From NCBI GenBank assembly GCA_030295235.1, contig AP026148.1:682001-746000 (forward strand): a stretch of 64,000 nt of DNA, given 5' to 3'. Source of the DNA: Fistulifera solaris. Taxonomy: Eukaryota. The position numbers and the translations under genes are program-made. Within the stretch, counting starts at the first letter, position 1; the number at the start of each line of letters is the position of its first letter. Of the stretch, positions 38,103 through 50,366 are shown in pieces. The notes under the pieces were generated by a model that was given only the letters and a program-made list of their open reading frames with translations, was not told the origin of the DNA and made no database searches.

Positions 38103-41100
38103 TTAAGTTGTCTTGTATTCTCCATCGCTGGGAGTGGATAAATTCACAGGATCTTCCAATGCTGTTTCTTTACTATCCGTCGCTGCATTGTCTTCATCGG
38201 GAGCTGAGACGCTACGCGCCAACATGGCTTTCAAATTCTTGATACCGAAGCCTTTGCCGCCCGTTGCGGATGGTGGGCGGGCAGGTTGCTGGGAATGCTG
38301 TGGAGATGATGATGTCGCGGAAGTTTGTTGTGGCGGTGATGCTTTCATTGGTGGTGGCTGCAACTTGGCAGGTTGCGGCAGTGCTTGCGGGGCTGGTTGT
38401 GTCGAATGAGCCGTGCTTGATTGTTGCTTCTGAGCCTGTGCCTGCATGGCTTGCATGTATTGCATCTGCATCATTTGTTGGTGCATTTGCATCTGCATTT
38501 GCTGGTGTTGGAGTTGTTGAGGGGGGCATCTGACCTTGCAACTGAGGGTCACGTTGCTGTTGCTGCATCATCTGCTGTTGCATTTGTAATTGCATCTGCA
38601 TCTGCTGTGGTGACATAGGCTGTCCCGGCATGGCTGGTTGTGCATATTGTTGTGGCGAAGGTATGGGTTGACCCTGCATGGCTAGATTCTGTGAGGACTG
38701 ATGCATCAGTTGACTTGGCTGGGTCTGCAGTTTAGGCGGTGATGGCTGCATTTGCTGCGAAGACTGCCTAATAAGCTGACTTGGTTGAGGTTGCGACAGG
38801 ACTGGCTGCAGTTGTTGAGACGAATGCCGCACAAGATTACTTGGTTGAGGTTGCAGTTGCGGTGGCGATGACTGTCTATGTTGGGCATTCTTTGACGGAC
38901 TGGATTTTGGTGCATTTGCGTTTCCTTTCGGATTGCTGTCTGTCGGTACATATTGTTGGGCTTGAGCTAATGCATGCTGCTGACTTTGCTGTAGTCTATG
39001 TTGCATCATCTGCCGTTGGAGCTGCTGTTGCTGAGCTGTATACTTCTGCTGTTGCTCTGTTACTGCTGGTTGCTGTTGATTAAAACTTGGCCGTTGTTGC
39101 TGTACCAAGGGCTGCTGCTGGTGCTGTTGCGGTTGGCCTATGTGCTGCGGTTGCTGCACTACTTGGTTCTGTGATAATGACGAATTAGCGTGTGGCTGTG
39201 GCTGCTGATTTTTGTTTGAAGCTCTTGCTTTGAGTGTCGCCAAATCTTTGGCCCCACGCCCCAAGCCGCCATACGGAGATCGACGATCAGCACCAGGCGA
39301 AACCGAAGCAGGCGACCTTCTGTCGGAAATCTTTCTTACAACGATCGATGCTTCCAAGGAAGATGTAATAAAGTCCTTCAAATCATTGAAATCAGCTGAG
39401 GTATAAGCATCGCCGACGCACGAAGCCAAGCTCCTCTCATAAGTCAAACGGGACGAGTAACCTCCCATCGCCCCCACGGGTCCGATCGGCATTCCAACTG
39501 TGAATAGGTGGACGTCAAAAGCCGATAAGCGTTGCACTCCACTGGACGCGTCGTTTGATAAACGTCGGTCCTCAAGGGATTCCTGATCCTTCCTCGTAGC
39601 TGGAGTAAGTCGGTTCACAGAAATTGGAGGGACTTGACCTTGGTTCAGCATCTTGGATGAAGCAACAAGGTTTCTCAAAAGCTGACTTGTGTACTCTTTC
39701 ATTGCAATTGTAACAAGCCAAATAGCGTCTTCCGAGACCATCATTCCCAAGGATTGGGCATTCCTGCGCATGTACGGGTCAATAGTAAGAGCTCCAGGTA
39801 TAGTGGCAGAGTTTCGGACAGTGCTTTGTGTTTTCAAATGGGCTTTTGAAGGAAATGTAATCAAAGGAGCGTACTGGGCGGGACGACTAGGCGCAGATAT
39901 GGCATACTTCAAATCTATTTCCAGTTTCTTTGAATCATTTGCAAGTTGTCCGTAATCCTGCTTATTGCGTCGACGGGCTATGGGGCGGATGCGAGCTCTG
40001 ACATCATCAGGAACAGCCTGTAAGTCGACTAAATCTGATGGAATCCTATCATCCAAACTTCTATCGATTAAGGCTGTGATCGATGCGAAACTGCTTAGCT
40101 TTTGGTGGTAAACGTAGAAGAAAATCTTTCTGCGAGATTCTTACCCAATATAAGTTTGTTGTGCAGACGACGCAGTGGTTTCGTCCTAAGAAATCGATAA
40201 ATAACCATCTTGCAGGCTTTCGAATAATTCATTGACAAACGGCTATCCAGATATAATGCAATGGCGTTCCAGTAATCGCGAAATAGTTTTTCGTAACCAA
40301 CTTGACCGTGAGCGCGAATGCCAATTGAATACAGTCTCATCTTAAGGCCTCTGAGATTTAGATATCTCTTAGGCACTTCGACTTCCGAACTTGAGACTTC
40401 GTCGTCCAACCTCTGGCGTTTTTGGCAAGCACTATCCAGTTCTTCATCATCGCTCACTGGGCTCCTCTTGTTTCCAACTCCAGTGGCATCTGTTTCGTTT
40501 TTCTTGAAAGACTTTCGATTATCCGTTGATTCATAAGTATCTTGAGCCACTGTCACCTGGCCCTGTGTAGCACATTCCGTTGATGAAGCAGCTAGCTCTA
40601 GTGCTATCTCCACCGGGACGGTCGCAGTCTCCGAGAGTCCGCTCACGCCAACATGGATAGTTGTAGACGGCTGGTCTGCGCTTGCTCTAAGAATGTGTTT
40701 GTCAGTGGAATCGGACACAATAATGCTTTCGATACCATGTGAACACTGAGTTAGCGGAGTAGCATGAACTCCACTAGGCTCTTGCAGCGAGATCTCCACA
40801 TTGTGAATCGAATCATCTTTCATTTCACCTAATACAAGTACACCTGCAGCAACTGACTGAGGTAATACGACAGAATTACCGTCCACTTGAATAAGCTCCG
40901 ATGACTCAGACTCACTTTTAGATTCTTTTGGGAGTTCAGCTAAACGATCATTCTCAACATCACCGGCCGCTGCTGGTTTGGCTACAATTTCGTTGTCGCC
41001 GGCATGAAAAAAGTCCAACGGTAATCTTCGTCACGGCAGTTGTAATTCCAATGTCTGCTGACAGAGCTGTCGCTTCAAAATCCATCTTGTCTTCTCTACT

Positions 41101-42845
41101 CAAAGGCTTTTGTTGACCATTGTGATTATTTGCTTTCTCATTGAATGGATTTTTAACCTTTTCGACATCATCGGCATGCTGTACTGCCCCTGTCGTTAAA
41201 GATGACTTTTCTCCGTTGTTCACATCGGTCCCCTTCACTACTACATCTTCCATACGCTTCTCATCTACTTCACTTATTTTCATCTTTGAACTGTCCTCTA
41301 CTCCTGATGCGGGACTTTGATCCAAATCTTCCGTCACTTTCGCATCTTCTTCGACAACCACTTCGTCACCATCGCTTGAATCAGCCACAGTACTTTTAGT
41401 TGCTTCTGGAGTAGTAGCCTCGACCGAACCAAATATGTGTTCTACGTCCATAGCGTCGTCGTCGACTTTCGCATCTGCAGTATTCATTTCAGCAGTTTGG
41501 TCCTTCTCGTCAGAAATCCCATTCGCTCCTTTTACATCAATTTCACCAGCCTTTGAATCTTCTTGAAATTTGAAAGCGTTTTGTGTCTCTACTCCCAATT
41601 GAACACTTTTTCCATGCTTGAGTTGCCGGTCTTCCACCATATCTTCGATTGAAGCTTCCTCACTGAAAGCATCATTTTGCTTTTCTGTTGGTAAAGTAGC
41701 CGAACCAAGCTCTTTTTCATGTTCGGTTTCTTGAACGCCTTCGTGTGACTTCTCAGAACCTCGCTCAGTATCTGACTTAATGTCTACTACTTTTCCGCTA
41801 GCGTTTTCGTTGTCTGCTTTTTCATTGTTTGCATCTGCTTTTGGCTTTAGAAAATCGAATAACTTCAATTGCTTTGTATTCTTTTGGTTTTTGCTAACTT
41901 CTTCCTCCTCTTGTTTCTTAGTATCGGCAGATTTCCTTTTAGATTCACCTGTTTTTGCCTTGGGACGAGTTGTGCTATACGGATTAGATTTTTCCTTTCC
42001 GGTTGCAGTTTCATCTGTAATTTTACCCTCTGTAGAGGGCGCACCCGTTTTGCCTTGCGACGACTTGCGTTAGTCGGTTCAGTTTTGTCCATTCCAGTTG
42101 CAGCTTCATCTGTATTTTCACCCTCTGCTGCGGGCGCACTTTGTTCTTCTTTCGCCGCTTCTTCTTTTGCTCCAAACTTTTCTTCGGGTATTTGACTTTT
42201 TCTTGTTTTGGACCGCGATGCTCTCCTGACTCGAGAGTCACTCTCATTCTCCGAATCACCATCACCCTTTTCCGTCTTTTTCTTCTTCTTTCTCTTCTAC
42301 GTCGTCTTCGGTTTTCGAAGTGTCCTTTTGACGGTTTCATCCTTTGAGTCAAGGCTTTTCCGAGAACGCGAGGCACGTATCTTTCGAGTTTCCGGCCGGG
42401 CTTCTATGCTTTCGGTCTCGCTGATGTCCTTGGTCGGCGTGCTGGAGCGTTTTGCTGGTGCGCTTTTTTGTTTGCCAACTTTCTTTGTCGATTTATTAAA
42501 TGACTTTTCTTGCTGTTCGCTTTCAGCATCTCCTTTATCGTCGTCCTCGTTCTTCTCGGCTGATGATGAGGCTTCTTTGTCCATTTTGCCTCTTCGTGTT
42601 CTCCGAGTACGTGTCCGATCGTCGCTCGTCTCGTCGCTTTCTTTAGTGCTTTCATTTTCCTCATCTTCCTCGTCCTCATCGTCGACCGTCTTTTCATTCT
42701 TCGAAGTCACCTTCTGCGTAGACCGCGTGGCTCTTCCCCGTCGTGACTGCTGAACATCCTCTTCTTCTTCTGCGTTTGTGTCTTGTTCCTTGGAAGTTTC
42801 TTTCGCAGCTTTGTGCTGCGCCCTGGTTTTTCTTGTCGCCGGCAT
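38103..42845 (-). CDS. Large low-complexity nuclear protein with an ADA1/TADA1 (SAGA)-like core; intron ~40074-40144; several frameshifts
   Basis: LNLRGLKMRL..YWNAIALYL..LHNKLIL and histone-fold-like MRRNAQSLGMMVSEDAIWLVTIAMKEYTSQLL, with an acidic/basic N-terminus and poly-Q C-terminus. Confidence 0.6.
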
Positions 42846-43447
42846 CCTATCCGAATATTTATTCTAAAAATGTGGTAAAGTCAATGCAATAACCAACGCT
42901 GGAGCATGAACTCATGAAGGTAGTTGCGTTTCGAATCAATGCCTTGCGGCTCTATTCGATTTGCCACTGCTGCAAATAATGAAGATCGAGAGCGACCCCC
43001 AACGGGACTGCTACAGTCATTCAGTTGAGTCGCGTCACGTCTACAGTTTGCCAGAGAGTTCAAACAGATGGAATTGCCAAGGAAGGCAAAGAATCTGATC
43101 ACTCCTTCACCAACATGACGAGCAACAAGTGCCGACGCTTGTATGCTTGATTGATTGTCTATAAAGACGCAGCATAATGCTGGTGTTAACATGGGTAAAA
43201 GGGTCAATTCATTTCCAGGATCGATTAAGTTCGTGATAGCAATCGGGTTAAGTCTCGTCAAACGTCAAACCGACAGTGTCTCATCGAACTCTAACCTTAG
43301 TAATTTTTGCAGCATTTACCTGTTCTTCAATAACACGCTGAATTTTTTCAAACAAAGCTGAAGACGAAAGGTATGATTGCCGTTTGATGATTAAGAATTG
43401 AATCATTTCAAATATCTCTCTTCAAAAAAAAAAACTTATACACTCAC

Positions 43448-43849
43448 ATGAGTTCAAATACAGACATAATGAAAACGCCAATGCTGTATTTATATCGCTC
43501 TCTCTTACGCGCTCATCAGAAATGTTTACCGACGCAAATGAAGCAATTGGGCGATGCCTACGTCAAATCCGAATTCAAATTGCATTTACAGAAAACGGTA
43601 AAACCAGAACAGATGCAGGCTTTCTTATCCGAGTGGAAAAACTATTTGAAGCAATTAGAAACAACCGCGCGAGCCGTCGAACAACAAGTTGTGACGGAAG
43701 GTTCGCCCCATCAACGCGGAAGTAGTAGACCTATCAAGGCAAAAGTGTTTCAATTTGGAGCCGATTTACCATCCGATGTTACTTTGTCTGATGAACAAAA
43801 AGTGCAATTGGAGAAATTGAAAGAAGAAGCGTCATCTTTCAAGATTTGA
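43448..43849 (+). CDS. SDHAF3: Succinate dehydrogenase assembly factor 3 (ACN9/Sdh7, LYR family)
   Basis: LYRSLLRAH..LP..MKQLGDAYVKSEFKLH..FLSEWKNY..LSDEQKVQL. Confidence 0.9.
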   Translation: MSSNTDIMKTPMLYLYRSLLRAHQKCLPTQMKQLGDAYVKSEFKLHLQKTVKPEQMQAFLSEWKNYLKQLETTARAVEQQVVTEGSPHQRGSSRPIKAKVFQFGADLPSDVTLSDEQKVQLEKLKEEASSFKI

Positions 43850-44256
43850 GACAACATAGAGGTGGCATCACTTGAAGGGATGTTGTATATCTAGAGCAAG
43901 CGGTTTCTAGGTCGCAGTTTTTGAAAAATAAATAGATACGACTTGGGCTACTTGGCATTGTGCTCTGTAGCTTAGATCATGCGCTAACTACTAATTTACT
44001 ACTACGTATGTTGTTATTCCTAAACTTCTCCACAGCAACATTTTCGTGATAACATTCCATGACACATCTCACCTTCCCTATCGCATGCATTACCATGAGC
44101 AGGTTCAAACGGTCGACACAAAGCCACATCCAAACAGACTTTGATTACTCTCAGCATCCTTTCACATCAAGCTCCCGCGGAAAGAGTGTCATTTCATATT
44201 ACCAATGTTACAAGAAGTATTCTTCGATAAAACAAATAAAAAGGCCGCCAATTCGC

Positions 44257-45093
44257 TTAGGCCACAGCATTGCCTCCTTCTCCGACAAAGACGGGCTTGC
44301 CCGTGCGCTCACGGTGCACCAAAAAGAAGGAAAAGAGGCAAAAGACAAAGGCGACCGAGCCAATGACAACCAACGAGATGGCGAGCTTTTCGTTGGTATC
44401 CCTCTCTTTCTTGATTTCGTCCTCGGGATTGTTTGCCTGATAACGTGCGGCACACGAAAAGAAGTCCCCGTCACCACAAAAGAGATCCGTCTTGCACGCA
44501 TCAAACCACGAGTCGCAAAAGCTCTTCTTGATGGGCATTTTGTGCATCTGCCACGTGTTGAACTCTTCCAAATGCGACTGGCTGTCGTTGTACTTACGGA
44601 ATAGACCCGCCGACGGCTCGCACTCGTAGAAACAGGATTCATACACGAAAAAGCGCTCACACGCTGGTGTCATGGGGCCGCATCGATCCCAGTGATACTC
44701 TTCACCGTACGATTCCTTCAATTTCTCCATACTGGCAACGATTGAACTGTTGCAGCAGGAGCGTTGCTTCCAAGGCTGGCATTCCTTCATGCCGTCGTCT
44801 TCGGGAGTCGGCTCGTCCTTGTGAAAGTACTGTAAACCGCATTCCTCAGGCGGCTGCTCACCAAAGATATCCAAGGTGACTTGATCGTTCGGATTCTTAT
44901 CCGTATCGAAGAACCACATGGTGTAGCCAGGTTCCGTGTCATCGACGACGAGGAAACTGTCAGAAAATAATTTCTGGCAGAGCTCGGTTCCGCTGGCGTA
45001 GATCTCAGGGAAGGGTCGGCAGGTTTCTTCCCAAGCCATGGTTGTAGGCAAAGCCATTAAGGCGTAAGCGTAGTACTTGATCGAGAACTTCAT
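44257..45093 (-). CDS. Folate-receptor/riboflavin-binding family type I membrane protein with circularly permuted domain order
   Basis: Signal peptide, HKDEPTPED..CQPWKQRSCC, WDRCG.MTPACERFF..CFYECEP and CDSWFDAC, then a C-terminal TM segment and short tail. Confidence 0.88.
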   Translation of the reverse strand: MKFSIKYYAYALMALPTTMAWEETCRPFPEIYASGTELCQKLFSDSFLVVDDTEPGYTMWFFDTDKNPNDQVTLDIFGEQPPEECGLQYFHKDEPTPEDDGMKECQPWKQRSCCNSSIVASMEKLKESYGEEYHWDRCGPMTPACERFFVYESCFYECEPSAGLFRKYNDSQSHLEEFNTWQMHKMPIKKSFCDSWFDACKTDLFCGDGDFFSCAARYQANNPEDEIKKERDTNEKLAISLVVIGSVAFVFCLFSFFLVHRERTGKPVFVGEGGNAVA

Positions 45094-45390
45094 GATCTTG
45101 TAAAAGTTACGTTCAAGTAAAAAAAGAAGATACTTTATTAATCCAAAAGATCTTTTAGTAAGACGAAAAGTCGTTACCTCTGAAATAATGAGGACGAAAT
45201 GAATGGATGGACGAGATCGTTTGAGTGACAACAGGGATCGAAGGAATTTTTCTGGATCGTACCAAAAGATCGCACATCGCACACCATTCGTCTCAAAGAT
45301 ACAGTATGGCAAACAGCGGGCGGCGGGCGGCGGGGAGAGTTCCCAACGACGTACTTGCTGGAGAGAGTCTGGACTATTGTGTGGTACTCT

Positions 45391-45471
45391 GGGAACGGCG
45401 TTAAAATTCTGCCTCGTCGTAGACGCTACGTACAATCTTGTACTGGGAGGCAGAATTTTAACGTCCTTCCC
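45391..45471. repeat. 81-bp hairpin element (MITE-like), copy 2 (inverted)
   Basis: Reverse complement of 1942-2022 with 2 substitutions, both in the loop. Confidence 0.9.
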
Positions 45472-46645
45472 GGAGAACCAGAAAACCTTTGCGTCAGCTT
45501 AGCCTTGACTCTTTTATGAATAAATCGTTCACCCTACCAGTAAGAAAGATTGTTTTTCGCTTCATGAAGGAGTCCACCCTCACCAGCTTCCTTCCGTTCC
45601 GATTGTCCTGCTAGCTTGCATTTGCCTTCCTACCAGGAAATGATGCAGATGACCACAGCAGCATTCTTAATGCGCATCGCGATATTCGTTCGAAACTACA
45701 AATCTATTTTGAGTCAAGAGTCAATTTTCTTCCGAACCCGTTTGCTACCTCACCAACCTTTGTTCTGAAAGCTTATTAAGCTATAGCTTCCTTTTATTAC
45801 ATTGAAGTAATAATCAGCAGCTACAATGCAAGTGTCGATTCGTTACGTCTCGATAGAAGCAGACCTTTTACCACGAATGCATATCAGCATATCAGTCATG
45901 AGGAAACGGAGTCCCGAGCCTGATTTCTGCCCTCCTTCGTCCAACATACGGAAGTCCTTGTTCATCATTCATCAGTCATCATACATTGTCATTTGGGAGA
46001 TAAGATGGTTTGACTAGAGTTGCTAGATACATAACTTTGTTAATGTTGTGTCCTCAAATTCATCTGCCAATTAATTTCAAGTCGCCTTTTTCGCCGACAT
46101 GGAAGTCTGTCAGGATCAGGTACTTTGATTCAGCTTTCCTTTTGTCCTCTTTCGTCTCGTTAGGGAACCTTAGCTCTAGCTCTAGCGCCATTTTGCTGAT
46201 GTTGGGATTTGGGATCAGGCAGACGGACGCAGAACCTCTGTACCACAAATTTCTCAGTAGGGAACGAAATGTGTTGCTCTGTATTCTGTTCTTCATTGCC
46301 ACCTCAATTATTCCGAGGCATAATAACCCAAATCCCAAATCATGCAAAAGCAGCAGGACGAATTTCTTGGATATTCCCAACTTCTCGATAAGTCGGTCCC
46401 AATCATTCTTTCCTGTACACTACGACCGATAGGACACTTTCGGCTTCAAGACCAGAAAAGTAAAAAATGACTGGTCATTTTGCCTTCCGACATCTTATCC
46501 GCTGCCGCCGCGAGAAAGGAGGACAAAAGACCCTCCGTCCGCTACCGCCGGTACCGTACCTGGTATTCATTTGCGTTCAACTCTTTGATGAGTAAACAGC
46601 AAATTTGCTGCTTGAAAGACATTCGTTTCATACAATCATAATATC

Positions 46646-47189
46646 ATGTCGGAACTAAGCTATAATACTACCAGCAGCGTAATCGAATCGTGGGAGAGAC
46701 TCAAGCGTATCAAGAATTACCAAGAAGTCGCTGGTGTCACTGTTTTTCAAAGGTATGATGAATAGTATACAATTGCGTGCTTCTGTTTGCCGTCTCTAAT
46801 AGCTCTCATTTCATAGACTTTTCGAGAAATGTCCCCAAGCGCGCGTCTTATTCGGCTTTCCTATTGATATCGATACAAATTCATCCGAGCTTTTGCAATC
46901 GAAACGTTTCTTGACACACGCTGCGCATATGATGGATATGATGGACGCTGCTTTGAGCATGTTTTTGGGCCCCGACATGGACATGCTACATGAAATCATT
47001 GACGAGCTCGCCGATAAACACAGACGCTATGGCGTCACCGCTCCCATGTTTCCGATTCTGGGCGAAGGCTTTCTTCTGGCACTGGAAACGCATCTCGGTG
47101 AATCTTTCTTCGACAACAAAATGAAGGAGGCCTGGAAAGAAGCCTATTCTCTTCTTTCATGTGAAATGATCAATGCCATGTCAAAGTAG
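46646..47189 (+). CDS. Single-domain 3/3 globin; intron 46753-46816
   Basis: VIESW, GVTVFQR|LFEKCP..LF (CD1 Phe), distal His RFLTHA, proximal His LADKH and KEAW. Confidence 0.92.
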
Positions 47190-47432
47190 AGTCTCTCGTC
47201 GCACTCGTAATCAATGAATGAATTATGCCACATCTTTTTTTTTTAAGGGTCTCCGCTTATTGCAGCGATATTCCTTTTTTAGTGAGGGAATACTTTTCAC
47301 AGTTTTCCCTTTCTTTTACTCCGAAATATTAAATTATATAATACTAAGAGTCGAAGCGTGTAACATATACTCCTTTGGTCGAAGCGACACGAACAGAGTT
47401 TTAGAATTTTAATTTTTGGAATCCATCATAAA

Positions 47433-49427
47433 TTACCATGCGGCTCCAAAATTGCCACCACCGGCATTTCCACCGTATCCGCCACCACCATTGTAGCCTC
47501 CGCCACCACCGTGATATCCTCCACTGCCTCCTCCATAGTTGCGATTGCCTCCGCCACCACGGTTGTTGTTGTTATTGCTGTAACGGACATCGCGGCTTCC
47601 AAATCCACCCCCGCCGCCGCGACCGCGGCCTCGTCCACCACCGCCACTACGTCCCGTATAGTTGCACATTTGATTCAACCAACTGGGAACTTGCTGATCA
47701 TTTTCATCGAGCAAGTCACGCAACTCGCGAATTATACCACTATTCTTCTCGTTGACAAAAGAAAGAGCTGCTCCGGTGTTTTCCTGCACGGCCTGTACGG
47801 CCAATACGGTGAACGTAATCATCAATATTGCCAGGCAAATCGTAATTGATGACTTGCGTCACATTGGGAATGTCGAGACCACGACTAGCGACGTCGGTGG
47901 CTACCATGACGGGTGTTTGTCCCGATTTGAAGCAGCGCAAAGCATATTCACGTTCACGTTGACTTTTGTCACCATGAATGCTGCACGCGGGAAACTTATT
48001 CTGGCACAACATGTCTTCTACGTAGTCGCAAGAGCGCTTAGTCTCAACGAAGATAAGGATGAGGCCTTCCTCAATAGTGAATAGAAACTTCATCAGGGTA
48101 TCCATTTTTTCGCGTTCTTCGACAAATTCAACGGTTTGCGAAACGTCCTTCGAGGCTGAACCGACACGGCCGACAGTGAGGAATATGTAGTCGCGCATAA
48201 AGTCGCTCGCCAAGCGCTGGATATTTGCGGGGAATGTAGCACTAAACAACATGGTTTGACGTTCCGGCGAACCGGGCATGTCCGACTCTTCAACGATTCG
48301 GCGAATTTGTGGCTAAAAATGACAAAAAATTCTAAAAGTGAGTCAAGTTGGAGCGAGAAGCGACCTGAACATCTAATCAAGTGGTGTACTTACTTCGAAA
48401 CCCATATCAAGCATGCGATCGGCTTCGTCCAAAACGAGGAAGCGTACATTCTCCATCGAGATACGTCCACGCTCCATCAGATCGACCAAGCGACCCGGCG
48501 TGGCGACGAGCAAATCACAACCTGCCTCGATTTGACGCAACTGATCACGCACTTCAGCTCCTCCGTAGATGACCACAGGGGCAATTCCGGTGCAGTACGT
48601 AAAGCGACGCGCTTCATCAAAGATCTGCTGCGCCAACTCACGCGTAGGAGCCAAAACGAGCGCTTCGGGATACGTGCAGCGGTGACTGTTCGCATTAGAG
48701 GGAGGATCACGTCCCCCGTTACGGATCATAGTCAAGATGGTAGGAAACAAAAACCCAGCCGTCTTCCCACTTCCAGTTTGTGCACAGGCCATCAGATCAC
48801 GACCGATAGTGCAGATCGGAATACTGTACTTCTGTACGGGAGTCGGCTTTGTGTAACCGCACAACTGAGCATTGCGGAACAAGTCCTCGCCAATCGTATC
48901 GACCGTGTATTCCGAGATGGGATCGGGGACATTTTCTCCTGACACATCAATGGGAATTTTGTCGTAGTTATCAAAGTTGATCCCCGTCGTTTGCTTGTCG
49001 GTCGTATCAAACAGACGCTGCTCCAAGCGTTTGTCGGGGTTCATATCACCATGAAAACCGCGTTCATTCTTACGGGGACCACTGCGGCTGTAAGAACCGC
49101 GTCCTCCGCCACCGCCTCCGGCGTTGTTCCAACGCGTGTTGGTGGAAAAGCCGCTTCCGCGATCGTCATCGCGATTGTTGTAGCCCCCACGACCACCTTC
49201 TACGCGGCCGCCGTAGCTACCGCGACCTCCCCCACTGTAGCCGCCTCCACGACGATCGTAACCGCCTCGTCCTTGCGAAGAAAACGAACTGCGTTGCTCC
49301 GAATTACGTTGCTCGGAATTATTGCCACCGCCACTTCTCTGAGAGTTTCTCAGATGAGGTGGCACGTACTGCTACCTGAAAGATTAGATTGTTTGTGTGA
49401 GTTGTTATTTGTTAAAGTACTTGTCAT
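47433..49427 (-). CDS. DDX3: DEAD-box RNA helicase DDX3/Ded1; intron 48313-48393; probable 5' micro-exon; frameshift near 47783
   Basis: [52 protein letters not shown] and RG-rich termini. Confidence 0.95.
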
Positions 49428-50366
49428 GATTCACAGGCTTTTGTTGAAGACACCACAAGAAAATTTTTTAAAAAAGGAAAAAGAAAATTAAAAGGACACG
49501 ATTGATCGAATTGAATCGAAAGTGCTCTGCCTACTGTTCATCCATAAGTGACAAGACGGAATCTGGAATCACAGCCTGAAAAATATCACATAAAAGACAA
49601 AACAAGTCGCTTCCCTGTAATTTTCTCGTGGTGGCAAAAGACCCGAAAATGATTCCAAAGTTGTCTGGAAGCGGCTGCCTTGCGCGATTTTCGTCAATCC
49701 ATTCTTATTATCCACAACTAGCGAAAGAAAGTAAAAGGGCGACTCACCATTTTGCATGAGATATAGAAAGATGAAAGGTCTGTAACGACGAAACCTCAAA
49801 AATGGAAAACGAACGACAAGAGACAAAACAACGATGAGGTGCTAAATTTCGCGGACCAAGGACACACTTTGTCCGTTGAACTCTTTGCAGATACAGCCAA
49901 CGTCACCACGACGTTTCTCCAGCTCCCGACCACTCATTCGATCACAGTTTTTCGTGAGGGTTCCTTGTTCGCGCAAATGCGCGAGATGGTCAAATGACAG
50001 ACGACCAATTCTCCGTAATCGAAATTTGAATCCCCCGTTGGAAAAATAACAACTTATCCGCAATCCGCATAGCAATAGTGTGAAGACCACTTCTATTGTT
50101 TGACAAAAAGCCTAGCAACTGGAAATCAATCATAAGAATAACTCAGAAGACGGATGAACGCTGAGTAATAAGGAACTTTGGGACTTGGAACCGACAATCC
50201 GTCAAGCTTCAAAATCTAAGTCTATGAAAATCAATGTCTAAGCTAGTCCGCGAACAGTGAAGCGTGCAAATCAAACAGGTTATTGTTGAACAACAAAACC
50301 TGGCCGGTTCGACGCCCATAACGTAGCAAAATGCAATTATCAAGAGAATCCTCGCTTTGAAAAACC

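Noticed and set aside
8589..42845. Functional clustering of SAGA subunits and ubiquitin-system genes
   Set aside because: The genes are far apart and such families are large, so this is consistent with chance.
45094..45435. N-terminal extension of the folate-receptor ORF
   Set aside because: It runs through the hairpin repeat and UTR-like sequence, and the signal peptide starts at ATG 45093.
45800..46440. Short ORFs on both strands upstream of the globin
   Set aside because: No recognisable motif and stops in plausible frames; a gene cannot be supported.
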